From NCBI GenBank assembly GCA_963693365.1, contig CAVNZM010000006.1:2170001-2234000 (forward strand): DNA of 64,000 bases. Reading direction: 5' to 3'. This DNA comes from Amoebidium appalachense (taxonomy: Eukaryota > Protista > Ichthyosporea). Within the stretch, counting starts at the first letter, position 1, and every line of letters starts with the position of its first letter. The position numbers were made by a program, and so were the translations under genes. The notes beneath the pieces are model-generated. The model had not been told where the DNA came from and searched no databases. It was given only the letters and a program-made list of their open reading frames with translations. Shown here piece after piece: positions 25,811 to 37,377 of the stretch.

Positions 25811-28400
25811 TTAAAACGGATATATTGAGGAAGAGAGGGAGAAAAGAGAATAAAACCGCAAATAACCTCCGGTTCTATTACGTATAAAGAAATTCAAAAA
25901 AAACGTTTTTACGAAAAGAGGCCCTACGTTAGCTAACAGGTTACACTTACACATACGAGCAGGAGACACCAGAAACCGATTACACGTGCACCGCCAAGCC
26001 ATAATCATCTTTGCGTTTTTATACCACACCACATTACGAATAAACGAATCTATGTAGGAACGAGACTCTCTAACCGTATCCGCCATATAGGCTACTAGTA
26101 GTTGGTGTTTTTGCGGTCCTAACACAGGAAGGGACTCAACACGCAGAGTAAAAAGATATCTATCAGCCATAGACTTGAAACTATTCATATTCACACTATG
26201 AGCTAGCCGTACCTCCGGTGGGGTCGCCAGCCATTCCGCATAACGCTCGACAATGGGCAGAGACGATGTGGAAGGGAAGAGGTAGAAGGGCGAGTCCGGC
26301 GGGGATGCATGTAGCCGGAAGAGCGGGTGGTCCGGGGCACAAGCGGACAGGCGGGTGATGTGCTCGTGAAATTTAAGGGCTAATTCGTGTACGCGTTGTG
26401 ATGGTGGTGTGAGTGCGTAGAGAGAATCAAAAAGGCGTCTAGGGATAGGTGTGAAAAGACCAGAGAGAAACATACAACAAAGTTGTGTAGTGGAAATAAT
26501 CTATTGATTGGAGGACATTATCAACAGTATCAGGGGGTGCCATAGCTAGTAAGGGCAACCCGTATTCAGACAAAGGGCGAGTAATATGTGCGAAATATAC
26601 TAAGACGGTTGTATAGGTGTACAGTATTAGAAAGATTAGCAAGATACACATACCTAAATAACCGAAGACACCTGCCTGCACTCTCCACCCGACGGTCGAT
26701 CATCCGTTTGAAACATATGCCCCATTCGCCCACCGGAATCCCCAAATACTTGTATTCGATTGGGCGAGGGAGGGGACTGCCGAAATACAAACGTCGTCCC
26801 AGGTTGGGATGGATTTTGATAAAAGGGCACACTTTTTAACGTTAACCTTCATATCATTACGCTGGCACCAGTGTTCAACCACACGTATATATTGCCGTAA
26901 TTCAATAGGATCGGATGACATAAGCACAATATCGTCGGCGAAAAAGAGGGCGGGTGGTGCCTTGGAAGGCAACCCCCCGTCAATTTGTGCTGCAGAAAGG
27001 GCGTCAGCCAAATCGTCAATATACAGGTTGAAAAGAAGTGGGCTTAGCAGGGACCCCTGTAGTATACGTCCCGCGCGTGCAGGTAAATCCCGGGGACAGC
27101 CGCCCATTAACCACCGCCCGTCCGCGCGTAAACGTAAACATAGCTTCCAGTAGCCGACCCATTTGGGATGGGACACCGCGGGTGGCCAACTTGGCCCACA
27201 AGCGAGGGAGGTCGACCGTGTCGTACGCATTCTTGAAGTCGATAAAGACGAGGTGCTCGGCATCACCTTGGGGTTGCGTTGTGTAGTGTGAGAATTTGAG
27301 CGTAACATGAGTGACGATTCCGAAACGCTCCCTGAAGTGGGTTTAGCTGGGAAGCCTGCTTAAGGGTGGGATTACGAGAAAAGGCCTGTAGAAGGCTACT
27401 TTCGAACAATCGGCGAAAGACGGACGTAAGTGTGATAGGGCGAAATTCGTGAATGGGACCCCGTGCAACCATTTTCTTGATGGGAAACATTATGATGTCC
27501 AGCCACTCCGAGGGCACTTTACCGACATCAGAATACCAGCTAAACAATTCGCTAAGAATACATGCAAGGGGTGGCGGCGGGCCACGCTGTTCGTCTTTCT
27601 CGGGGCGGGGTGGAATGAGTACCTTAAAAGTGCCATAGGGATGCCGTCCGGCCCACACGCTTTGCGGGACGGGTAGCGGGAGACTAACTGCCATACCGCA
27701 TCTGCGGTAAAGGGTGCCCCCAGTTCAGCCCCAAACTCAGCCGGCCCCGCTGGCCACGCCGTGTGTGGGGGCTGGTGGTGTGTCGGTGGGTGGAACAAAA
27801 ACAGGAGGGGGCGCCTGCCCCAGATTCGTGGCCGTACAGATCGGGTTACTTTTAAACAGAGTGCCGTAAAACGAATCAGTTGCAGTTTCCGGGTCGGATG
27901 ACGGGTCGGCCGTTATTTGAATCGAATGATCGCCGCGATTAATCTTCCGAATATTACCCAATAGCATGTGATACGGTAGAGGCTTACGTAAGGCAGCCTC
28001 CGCTTGGGGGCCGCGAGTGTGTGTAGTTCGTGGTTGTGGGTAACCTTGGGCACCTAAACAGGCATATTCACTGACGTCCCACAAGGTTTCTCGTACTGCA
28101 GACCAGACACTATCGATGAAGGTCTGGTCAGTTCGTAGCGGGGCTTGGCGTCCATCACGCACAAGCGACAATAGACTCGGTTGCACCGTCTGGGAAAAGA
28201 AGCGAGTGTCTGCTTGGCCGCGCTCGCTTTTAAGTTCGCGTACGTTAAGTCTGTAAGTGTGTTGTGGTGACGGCGTAGAAAGGCTAAGTGTAGTGCGAAA
28301 GACTATAGGTAGGTGGTCTGATGGTGGTGGGTGTAGGTTGTGGTGTACGTGTAAGGTGGAAGGACCAGAAGCTGCCCCCCAGTCCGTGCGGTGTTCTTGT
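25811..28400 (-). mobile_element. Decayed, 5'-truncated non-LTR (LINE) retrotransposon ORF2: end of the APE endonuclease plus reverse transcriptase, with multiple frameshifts
   Basis: Motifs in order across shifting minus frames: SDHLPI (APE C-terminus), KACGPDGIP, FRPITLTSVFRRLFE, QGAFR, FIDFKNAYDTVD, QGSLLSPLLFNLYIDDL, FFADD, KVNVKKC, YKYLG. Element boundaries are approximate. Confidence 0.9.
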
Positions 28401-28672
28401 ACTACAGATGAAAGAGTAAGGCGTAAGGCTGTAACAAAAGTGTGAAAAGTTGGTGTGCGTGGGTGGTTGGGTTTAAGTAGGGCAGTGTGCATGCAAGCAG
28501 GGAAGCACGTGTGCGTATCCAATAAATATATCTGTGTGGCAGGTCTGTACATTCATATGAGCTTTTGAGAGAGTTGTCGTCATGGGTTGTTCACACCAAC
28601 GGAATGGTCGTGGCACACTATAAGCGTATATCTCGTCCATAGTCTATCCACATGCTGCCTCTTGTTGTAATT

Positions 28673-29413
28673 TCAGTGGTGCCAACCATGGCCGTGACCC
28701 TCTCTGCCCCCTGTCCCAACCCAAACATTAGCATATCTACAAACCATCAAAAAACAACAGACACATCACTTAGATATATCCGTACACAGCTAAAATTAAC
28801 ACACACTCCAGCTAAGTATGTCCTCACATCCTTATTACACAACACACACACCAACATATGTATATCCACGACTACCACACGTCAGCATATGTACGTACAC
28901 AACAACTGTGTTTTTCCACAAACCACCAAAACACTATACACACGCAAGTTCAGTATATCCACACACCACCACGAGGATGAACACTACCATGGCCCATCCC
29001 CCCGGCAACAGTGTCTATTACCACACACAAACACACACCTACCAGGTGTGTGCGCATGCCTACACCCACATACACATACAACGATACACCCTCACAAGCA
29101 CTCAGTACACAGGAACACGCGCACACACACACATGCACACAAACCAACACGCACACAAAAGCGCACACAAACATATCCGCACACACGCCACACCTACCCA
29201 CATCCACCTACCCACCCACCCACCCACCTCACCCACCCAACCCGCTCAGCAAACCGGCACCCACACCCACCCCCACCCCCACCCCCAACCACACCCCCGC
29301 CCGCCCTTATCCACACACCCCCACCCCGACCCCACCACGCAACCACACACACACCCATGCACCCATGCACACACACACACACAGGCTCCACCCCCATCCC
29401 CCCCTACACCCAC

Positions 29414-29444
<31 letters not shown>

Positions 29445-29464
29445 ACCCCCACTCACCCACCCCC

Positions 29465-29499
<35 letters not shown>

Positions 29500-31288
29500 A
29501 CACACACACACCCACACGTACCCGTGTGTCTGTGTGCACTTCTTATGTCGTCCAGGGCCTCCCCCAGGCTCCAGTTCTCCTCCCTCACGGCCCGTGCTGC
29601 CTCCTCAATGCTCTCCGCCTTGACCTGCCCAACCTGCAGAAAGGTCGGTGTGGTGAGGGCTATAGGAAGGTGGCAGGCATTGCACATGCACTAGACTGGG
29701 TGGGTGGGTGAAAAGATGGGTGTTGATAGCATGGGGATGGTGGGGATGGCAGGAGAGGGGGGGGGGGGGGGGGGGGAGGGCAGGTGGGTCTAATGGGAAG
29801 AGAGTTGGAGAGGACATGGCCCCTTCCAGAGGAAGGAGAGGAGAGGTTTTACAACTTATCTACGCCATAATGGAAGCTAGAAACTGTGCACGGGCATGCG
29901 CTTTGCACTGCGCAGGCGCCTGTGTGATCTATCAGAGGCGCACCTGCAGGCGCACAGGGCCGTGGGCTGGGGGCTGGACCTCCTCGAGCAGCTGCAGGCT
30001 GAAGGGCGCCACCAGCCGCACGGCCATCACCAGTCGCATGCAGTCGCTGGCCCCCGGCCCCTCCATCCACAGGTGCGCCTTATAGAAAGGGTCAGCACCA
30101 CGCCACGTGAAAAGGGGGGGGGGGGGGGGGGGGGGTTTTCGAGTAGACGACGTCAACATGAATGGGAGCATGACCACGTGGACACTGCAAAGCGCAGCAC
30201 TGTAGCTGGGGATAAGGGGTGAGGGCAGTGCACGTGTGCTTTGGTGCTTGGGGGGGGGGGGGGGGGGGGTTGAATGCGGAACACGGTACGAAGTACGCAT
30301 ACACGATGAGAAGCATGGTGCAGGACACATGCAAAGGCAAACACTCAAGTATGCAACATCAGCCATGCACACAGTATGCGTCATAAGCAGAGCCCATCCT
30401 CAGGGAGGGCCAAGTCACCAATTGCGTCTGAGTTTCGACCCCTTAGCCCGCGTATATACGACTCTCCAACTCAGACAGCAGCATCAACTGAACTTGGGAG
30501 GGTCAACCCGTCTTGATCAAAGACGAGCAGGGTTGCTTATGCAAGCAAGGTGAGCAAAACGGTGAAGATGTGTGTGCAAACTAAAGCAGTGCAGCGAAAA
30601 ATGCGTATGTGCTTACAGATGCACGACACAGAGCAACCACGCCCGGTTGCATGGAAGTAAAGCGGTCTCCACACAGTGGTCTGTCCTGAAAGGACACCTC
30701 TGAAAGAAGACTGGGGGGGTTTGAATGCGGAACACGGTACGAAGTACGCATACACGATGAGAAGCATGGTGCAGCACACATGCAAAGGCAAACATTCAAG
30801 TATGCAACATCAGCCATGCGCACAGTATGCGTCGGGGGAGGGGGGGGGGGGGGGGGGTTGGCGGCGGTGGTGGTGGTGGTGGTGTTGGTGGTGGTGTGTG
30901 TGCATGGGGGTGGGACAGGGGGCCGGGGGGGAGGGGGGGGGGGGAGGGGGGGGGGGGGGGGGGGGGGGAGTTACGGGTGCGGTTGGGGCATAGGGAAAGG
31001 TGGCTACGGGCAGGCAGGGATACTCTTGACATGGCCAGCAACCACAGAGGCAAATAAGCATCCATCTACTAACCATCCCCTCAATACACACAGCCAACAC
31101 AGACACACTGGCCTCTCCCTCTCCCTTCTCTCTCTCTCTCTCTCTCTCCCCCCCCCCCCCCCACTCTTTTTCCCTCCCACCCACCCTCTCTCTCTCGACC
31201 TCCCCTCCCTCCTCCACTCTTTTTCCCTCCCACCCTCCCTCTCCCTCTCGACCTCCCCCCCCCCCCCCTCCCCCCCCCTCCCCCCCCC

Positions 31289-31327
<39 letters not shown>

Positions 31328-31679
31328 GCCCGGTCCTGCAGCCAGTGAATGCCCACCCATCAGCTGAACTACTCCACCAACATATCCAAAATGCTTCTCA
31401 CCTTCTCCTCTCCCCCCCCCCCCCCCCCTCCCCCCTCCCCCGGCCCTCTGGACACGTTCACATAGCAACCATGCTCACGTGCAAGCCCACATGCACACAC
31501 ACACACACCAAACACACACACACACACACACACACACCTGGACCCACGTGTATGCCCTGTCCCCCCGTGTGGCCCATCTGAAGCAGACCTTTGCCTCCCT
31601 CCCCTCCCTCACCGCCTGCACGTGCGCAGCCTTCAGCCCTCCCAGGTCGTCATTGTGGCAGAACAGGTACGGGCTGCTG

Positions 31680-31754
<75 letters not shown>

Positions 31755-32635
31755 GGGGGGGGGGGGAGGGATCCTCAGTATGGCCCCTATCATCGGCAGG
31801 TACCCGAGATTTGGCCCCTTCACCTCGTAGTCGTAACCTATCCAATGGAACCCTCCATTTGGTCAGGAATGGGCCAACCCCCCCCACCCCCCTGCCTCCC
31901 CCTCCCCTTCCCGCCCCTCTTAGACGGGGTTCAAGTTTGCACATGCAGGTGGTCTTTGAGCAGAGCCAACACGTGCATGCTTTAAGCACTGCCAATGTCT
32001 AATGGCTGCATACATGAGTTGGGTCTGGAAGGTGCACTGTGCTTTCATATCTGCTGGGACGGGTAAGGCATCCCACATTCACCGAGAGAAGGGGTGGAGG
32101 GGGGGGGGGGGGGGGAGGGGGGGAGGAAGGGGATGAGGGGTCGGCAAGGAATGCAGTATTTGGGGATAGGCACCTATGTACTCTGTGGTGTCGTAGCCGA
32201 AGATGGTGCGTGCATTTGGGGTGATGTATGTGGTGATGCCTGCATGGTGAAAGTCAGTAAGTGCAGTGTCAGGCCATAGATGGTGAAAGAACAGTGCCTT
32301 GTATGCTGAATCTCATTATCGATCCAGCCGTGAACCCTTCAACATCAGCACCCCCTCCCCCTCCTCTCCCTCCCCCTTACTTCTCGCCCAAACACACGAG
32401 AGTACACACACACTCACAGGCAGGAGCACACATACGATTCAAGGCCAACACATATACAAACAGAGAGATAACAGACAGAGGCACACACATGCACATACAC
32501 ACACACACAAACACACACACACACATCTCTCTCTCTCTCTCTCTCGCGTGCGCACGCGCATACACATACACAAGCGTACATGTGACCACAACACACCTTA
32601 TTCTCCCTGCCTCCTTTCCTTCCTTCTCCCTCTAT

Positions 32636-32672
<37 letters not shown>

Positions 32673-33662
32673 TCCCCGCCATTTCCATACCAATGTGCAA
32701 AATAGTCACAACAGTACGGGAGGGATATGTTGGACCCATGTGTGTGAATGCCTGCACGTGTAAGTGCATATGCAGGGGTAGCATGCGACTGCATGCGTCT
32801 ACATGTGTACGTGTGTATGCAGGGGTAGCACGTGTACGTGTATATGCTTATGCCTGCATGTACCTGCATGTACCTGCATGTACCTGCATATACCTGCATG
32901 TACCTGCATGTGCATGTACCTGCATGTACCTGCATGTACCTGCATGTGCATGTACCTGCATGTGCATGTACCTGCATGTACCTGCATGTACCTGCATGTA
33001 CCTGCATGTACCTGCATGTACCTGCATGTACCTGCATGTACCTGCATGTGCATGTACCTGCATGTACCTGCATGTACCTGCATGTGCATGTACCTGCATG
33101 TACCTGCATGTACCTGCATGTACCTGCATGTACCTGCATGTACATGCAGGTACATGCATGTACATGCAGGTACATGCAGGTACATGCATGTGCATGTTCC
33201 TACATGTGTACGTGCAAAGGCATGTGCCTCCATGTGTATGTGCATGTGCAGGGGTAGCATGTGTACGTGCACTGCGTGTGCGTGCATGTGCCCGTGCATA
33301 TGCATAGGATAGCACGTGCCTGCACGTGTACATGCATGCACGTGTGCACCCCTGCACGTGTTTACGTTTATGCACGATTCACGTGTTTATGCATGCACGA
33401 TTGAATGCATGCATGTGTTATGCATGTGTTTATGCATGCACGATTGAATGCATGCACGATTGAATGCACGCACGATTGAATGCATGCACGTGTGCATGCA
33501 TGCACGATTGAATGCATGCATGTGTATGCACATGCATGTCAGCACGGCCCACTACCTGACAGCAGGTGGCGGCTATAAACTGTGCCTGGGTCCCTCCACG
33601 TGTCATCGCCTTCCAGAAACACCTTCGGGTTGATGCGCCGCAGACTCAGCAGCATGCCCTGT

Positions 33663-33703
<41 letters not shown>

Positions 33704-33742
33704 GGTGCGTGCGTGTGTGTGTGTGCGTGCGTGTGTATGCGT

Positions 33743-33785
<43 letters not shown>

Positions 33786-33802
33786 CGTGTGTGTGTGTGT
33801 GA

Positions 33803-33844
<42 letters not shown>

Positions 33845-36515
33845 CCAGTAGATCGTGTGTGATGGTTACCTGTGTGTGGGGTTTTTGGCTGTGTGCAGGA
33901 GTGGATGGACGAGTCGTGCATGTGTGGGTGTCCGGGTGTAGGTCGGTGTCAGGGTGTGGGCATGTGTGTTCCATGTATGTATGTGTGCATGTGGGAAGGG
34001 GGGAGGGGGGAGCGAGGGGTCAGAATGGGTTATAGAGTACGAAGGAGAGTTGGGGAGGGCAATGTGGGGTCGGGGAAGATGGTTTGGGAATGGACACGGT
34101 TGCTTGAAGAGGGAGGTGTGTTAGGAGACAAGAATGAGCACAATGCAGCAAACAGAGGCTGGATGGGCACGGTGGGTATATTCACATGTGCATGTATGTA
34201 GATTGTAGATGCACTTCATGTGTGTGTGTGTGCCCATGTGTGTGTGTAGGTGAATATGCACGTGTATTTGTGTGCCCATGTGTGTGTGTAGGTGAACATG
34301 CATGTGTGTGTGTGTGTCCATGTGTGTTTGTAGGTGAACATGCATGTGTATTTGTGTGCCCATGTGTGTGTGTAGGTGAACATGCATGTGTGTGTGTGTG
34401 CCCATGTGTGTGTGTAGGTGAACATGCATGTGTATTTGTGTGCCCATGTGAGTGTGTAGGTGAACATGCATGTGTATTTGTGTGCCCATGTGTGTGTGTA
34501 GGTGAACATGCATGTGTGTGTGTGTGCCCATGTGTATGTGTAGGTGAACATGCATGTGTATTTGTGTGCCCATGTGTGCGTGTAGGTGAACATGCATGTG
34601 TATTTGTGTGCCCATGTGTGTCAGTGCAAGCACGTATATATTTAGTTCTATGATTTGATGTATCATTATAGGTCTCCTTGCACGCTTGCGGTGGTGGTCG
34701 GTGCCCGGAAAAAGGGGGGGGGGGGGGGGGGGACTCCTACGTGGTGTGCTACGGGTGCGGTGTGTGCCGTGTACCACACATGGCCGCCCCCAACGATCAA
34801 GCGCACAATCATGCGGCCCCGGGGGTGGGTCTGATGCGCCGCCTGCAGCCGGGCCACATCCTCGCCATGCACCAGTGAGCCCAGCGGCATGCGGGCCAGC
34901 TCCTTGACACTGCTCATCTGTGGCCCGACCCGACCCGTGAGCTCACGGGCCAGCCCTTGCATGCCCAGTCTGCCCATGTCCCAGTCACTACAAATCCTTC
35001 CAACAAAGCCACCCCCCCCCCCCCCCCCCCCCACCCTAAACTAACACAAAGGAAAAACTCCGCTTGCGGCCTCAGGTACAAACTTTGACCTTGTTACCCA
35101 CGCACCAATCAGACCCCCTCCCCCTCCCCCCTCCTCCCCCGGCGCCCCCCCATCCTCACCACGCTCTCATCACCGCCACCATGCATGCACCCCCTTGCCA
35201 ACCAATCAGGCACGCACCAGCACGGAGCACATCTTCTGATTGGCCCAGGTGATTCTGCTGTCGTGACCCACCACCAATAGCAGGTCGGGGCTGTGCTCTG
35301 CGGCCTGCACGCCCCAGTCACGTGACTCTGAGTTGGGTGGGTCTGGCTCTGTCTGGGATAAACCCTGCGCATCGGCCATGATCTCTGGGGGTACACACAG
35401 GGTCAGCACACAGGCACACTGGTATCTGCAGAGATAGGTGGGTACCAAAAGCATGGGGGGGGCAATAAAGGGTTCAGCAACAGCCTTCTCATAACGGGGG
35501 GTAATAGGTGCCGGGCAACATGTACCCTGCCATGTAGGAGGCACAGGGGGTGAGGGTATGCAGCCAGGCAGGAAGCACAGGGAGGAGACAGGGAGGAGAT
35601 AGGGGGACCAACATGGGGCACATAGAGGAGATGGGGGGGGACCTACCTGGGGCACATCGAGCACATAGGGGGGGACCTACGTGGGGCACATAGAGCACAT
35701 ATGGGGGGGGACCTACGTGGGGCACATAGAGGAGACAGGGGGCGACCTACGTGGGGCACATAGGGCACATAGGGGGGAACCTACGTGGGGCCGTGCGCAG
35801 GAAGGCAATGGTGGCATCCAGCACGGTGCTGGTGGTCAGCTTCTCGGGGTTCGGAACACTGGCCAGGGCTGGAACCAGCTGCAGCAGCTCGGCCTGGCAC
35901 CGAGCCATCTCACTCCTCTGTGCTGCCGCTGCAAGCCGTCGCCGGGCAAGCCGGTTGAGCCCCGTGGTGGATCTGGGGGGGTGCAATTGAGAAAGTGCGT
36001 GGGGAAGGGGGTTTGTTGCAAGGTAGAAACAAGGAGTGGAAGGTTGATGGAGCGCTCCTAATAATCAAACCCCCAGCTTTGTGCAAATCCCCCTCCCCCC
36101 TCCCCCCCCCCTCCTACCCCACCCCTCCCTCCAGGAAAAAAAAAAAAAAAAACTCCACTAAACACCTCCCATGGTGCACGAGCCGGCACACCTGTCCTAT
36201 CCAAAAGCTGCCCCCAACCTCCCCCCTACCCCCCTTCCTTCCCTCCCTCCCCTCCCCCCCCCCCCCCAAACAAACAAACACACACACACATACACACCTC
36301 CTCCTTCCTTTCAACAGGTCCTAAGTGCACATACATCTTCAAAAATGTACACGAAACCATCAGTCGAGACTGGATACGTAGGTGCTTTTTAGATGCCCAA
36401 AAAACAAGAGTGGGTGGGATAAAAACGTGAGACAGCACGGCCCGGGCAGGCCTGGTGCCTGCACTCATATGTACTCACATACCCAAGTCACCAACACCCC
36501 CTCACATAAACTCGT

Positions 36516-36571
<56 letters not shown>

Positions 36572-36659
36572 ACACACATATGCACACACATACACACACA
36601 CACAGACTCTCGGAAACACACAGACACACTCCGCACACACTCGGCGCACGCACACACAT

Positions 36660-36694
<35 letters not shown>

Positions 36695-37377
36695 CTCACT
36701 CGCACACACAACGCGCACACACACACACAGACGTACCGACGTGCACATACCTTCGCACACAGACATGCACACACACGCCCATGCAAACACCTCTGAACGC
36801 ACGCACGCCTTCACGCGCACACGAAAACGGATCAGCACACAGATGTACAAGGATGGTACAACCACACATCCGCAAGTGATAAAAAGAGATCTGCACACGC
36901 ATACAGATAAGCAACAGTTACACTTCAAGAACACATCTAGCTATGCCTGCTGGCAGCATAGAGCACAGAGCAAGGCACAAGCACACACCCAGCGGTGATA
37001 ACATGCCGTGAAAGCATGCTCGCAAGTTGCAAAACACAAGTGTACAAGACAACGTGTGTTAGGCACAACCACACCAACCGTATCCACTTGCAACTCCTCC
37101 TTCCACATATATCCACACGGGCACGCACTTGTATACACACCTGGAAAACCTAATTCTCCTCTGGAACAGACACTGGCCGTGCCAAAACACGTTGCCACTT
37201 TCACCACACACACGGTCAGGCATGTGCGCAAGGAAAGAAACATATAGCATCTACTTGAAACTGTTATACCCATCCCCCTCTCTTTTCAAAAGCACCCACC
37301 CACCTCTGTGGCGGGGGCTCCTCCCCCTCCGCCTCCCCATGGCTGTGGCCGTGGTCGGCGTGGCCGGGCTCAGCCAT
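28673..37377 (-). CDS. bHLH-PAS-PAS transcription factor-like protein, ~400 aa, 10 exons
   Basis: Minus-strand exons 37377-37304, 35972-35785, 35384-35218, 34917-34741, 33658-33556, 32239-32174, 31680-31538, 30078-29944, 29633-29522 and 28710-28673 (1203 nt, all GT-AG, phases consistent). bHLH: [25 protein letters not shown]...[20 protein letters not shown]: [21 protein letters not shown]...[16 protein letters not shown]...[16 protein letters not shown]: [16 protein letters not shown]...[21 protein letters not shown]...[15 protein letters not shown]. The first and last exons are less certain than the domain exons. Confidence 0.85.
30270..30833. repeat. ~113-bp direct repeats flanking a ~340-bp insert in bHLH-PAS intron 7
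   Basis: ttgaatgcggaacacggtacg...cacagtatgcgtc occurs at 30270-30382 and 30721-30833 with about three substitutions. Confidence 0.9.
30373..30550 (-). ncRNA. Structured ~170-nt intronic element, copy B
   Basis: The reverse complement shares gcataagcaaccctgctcgtct.tgatcaagacgggt, tctgagttgg, ggtcgaaactc and ccctgaggatgggctctgcttat with copy A. Its stems are retained with changed sequence (ccaagt/acttgg, gtctgagtt/aactcagac). Confidence 0.55.
32852..33190. repeat. 10-bp minisatellite (catgtacctg)n that inverts to (catgcaggta)n at ~33143
   Basis: A direct array of tacctgcatg is followed by reverse-complement units. It lies in bHLH-PAS intron 5. Confidence 0.9.
34216..34620. repeat. ~40-bp minisatellite (~10 copies) in bHLH-PAS intron 4
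   Basis: Repeated unit tgtgtgcccatgtgtgtgtgtaggtgaacatgcatgtg... Confidence 0.9.
35600..35790 (-). repeat. ~34-bp minisatellite (6 copies) spanning the exon 2 donor of the bHLH-PAS gene
   Basis: acctacgtgggg (minus strand CCCCAC|GTAGGT) occurs at 35779, 35745, 35711 and 35675, with variants at 35641 and 35607. Confidence 0.88.

Noticed and set aside
29990-30030. HIF ODD-like LxxLAP motif (VRLVAPF)
   Set aside because: The match is imperfect and lies at the end of the last PAS-B strand rather than in a disordered tail.
32261-33375. Cys/His-rich ([10 protein letters not shown])n ORFs resembling metallothionein
   Set aside because: They are products of a 10-bp minisatellite that is open in all frames and lies in an intron.
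35311-35340. Apparent similarity (cccagtcacgtga.tctgagttggg) to the structured element
   Set aside because: It lies in a coding exon of the bHLH-PAS gene, in antisense, and lacks the other conserved blocks.
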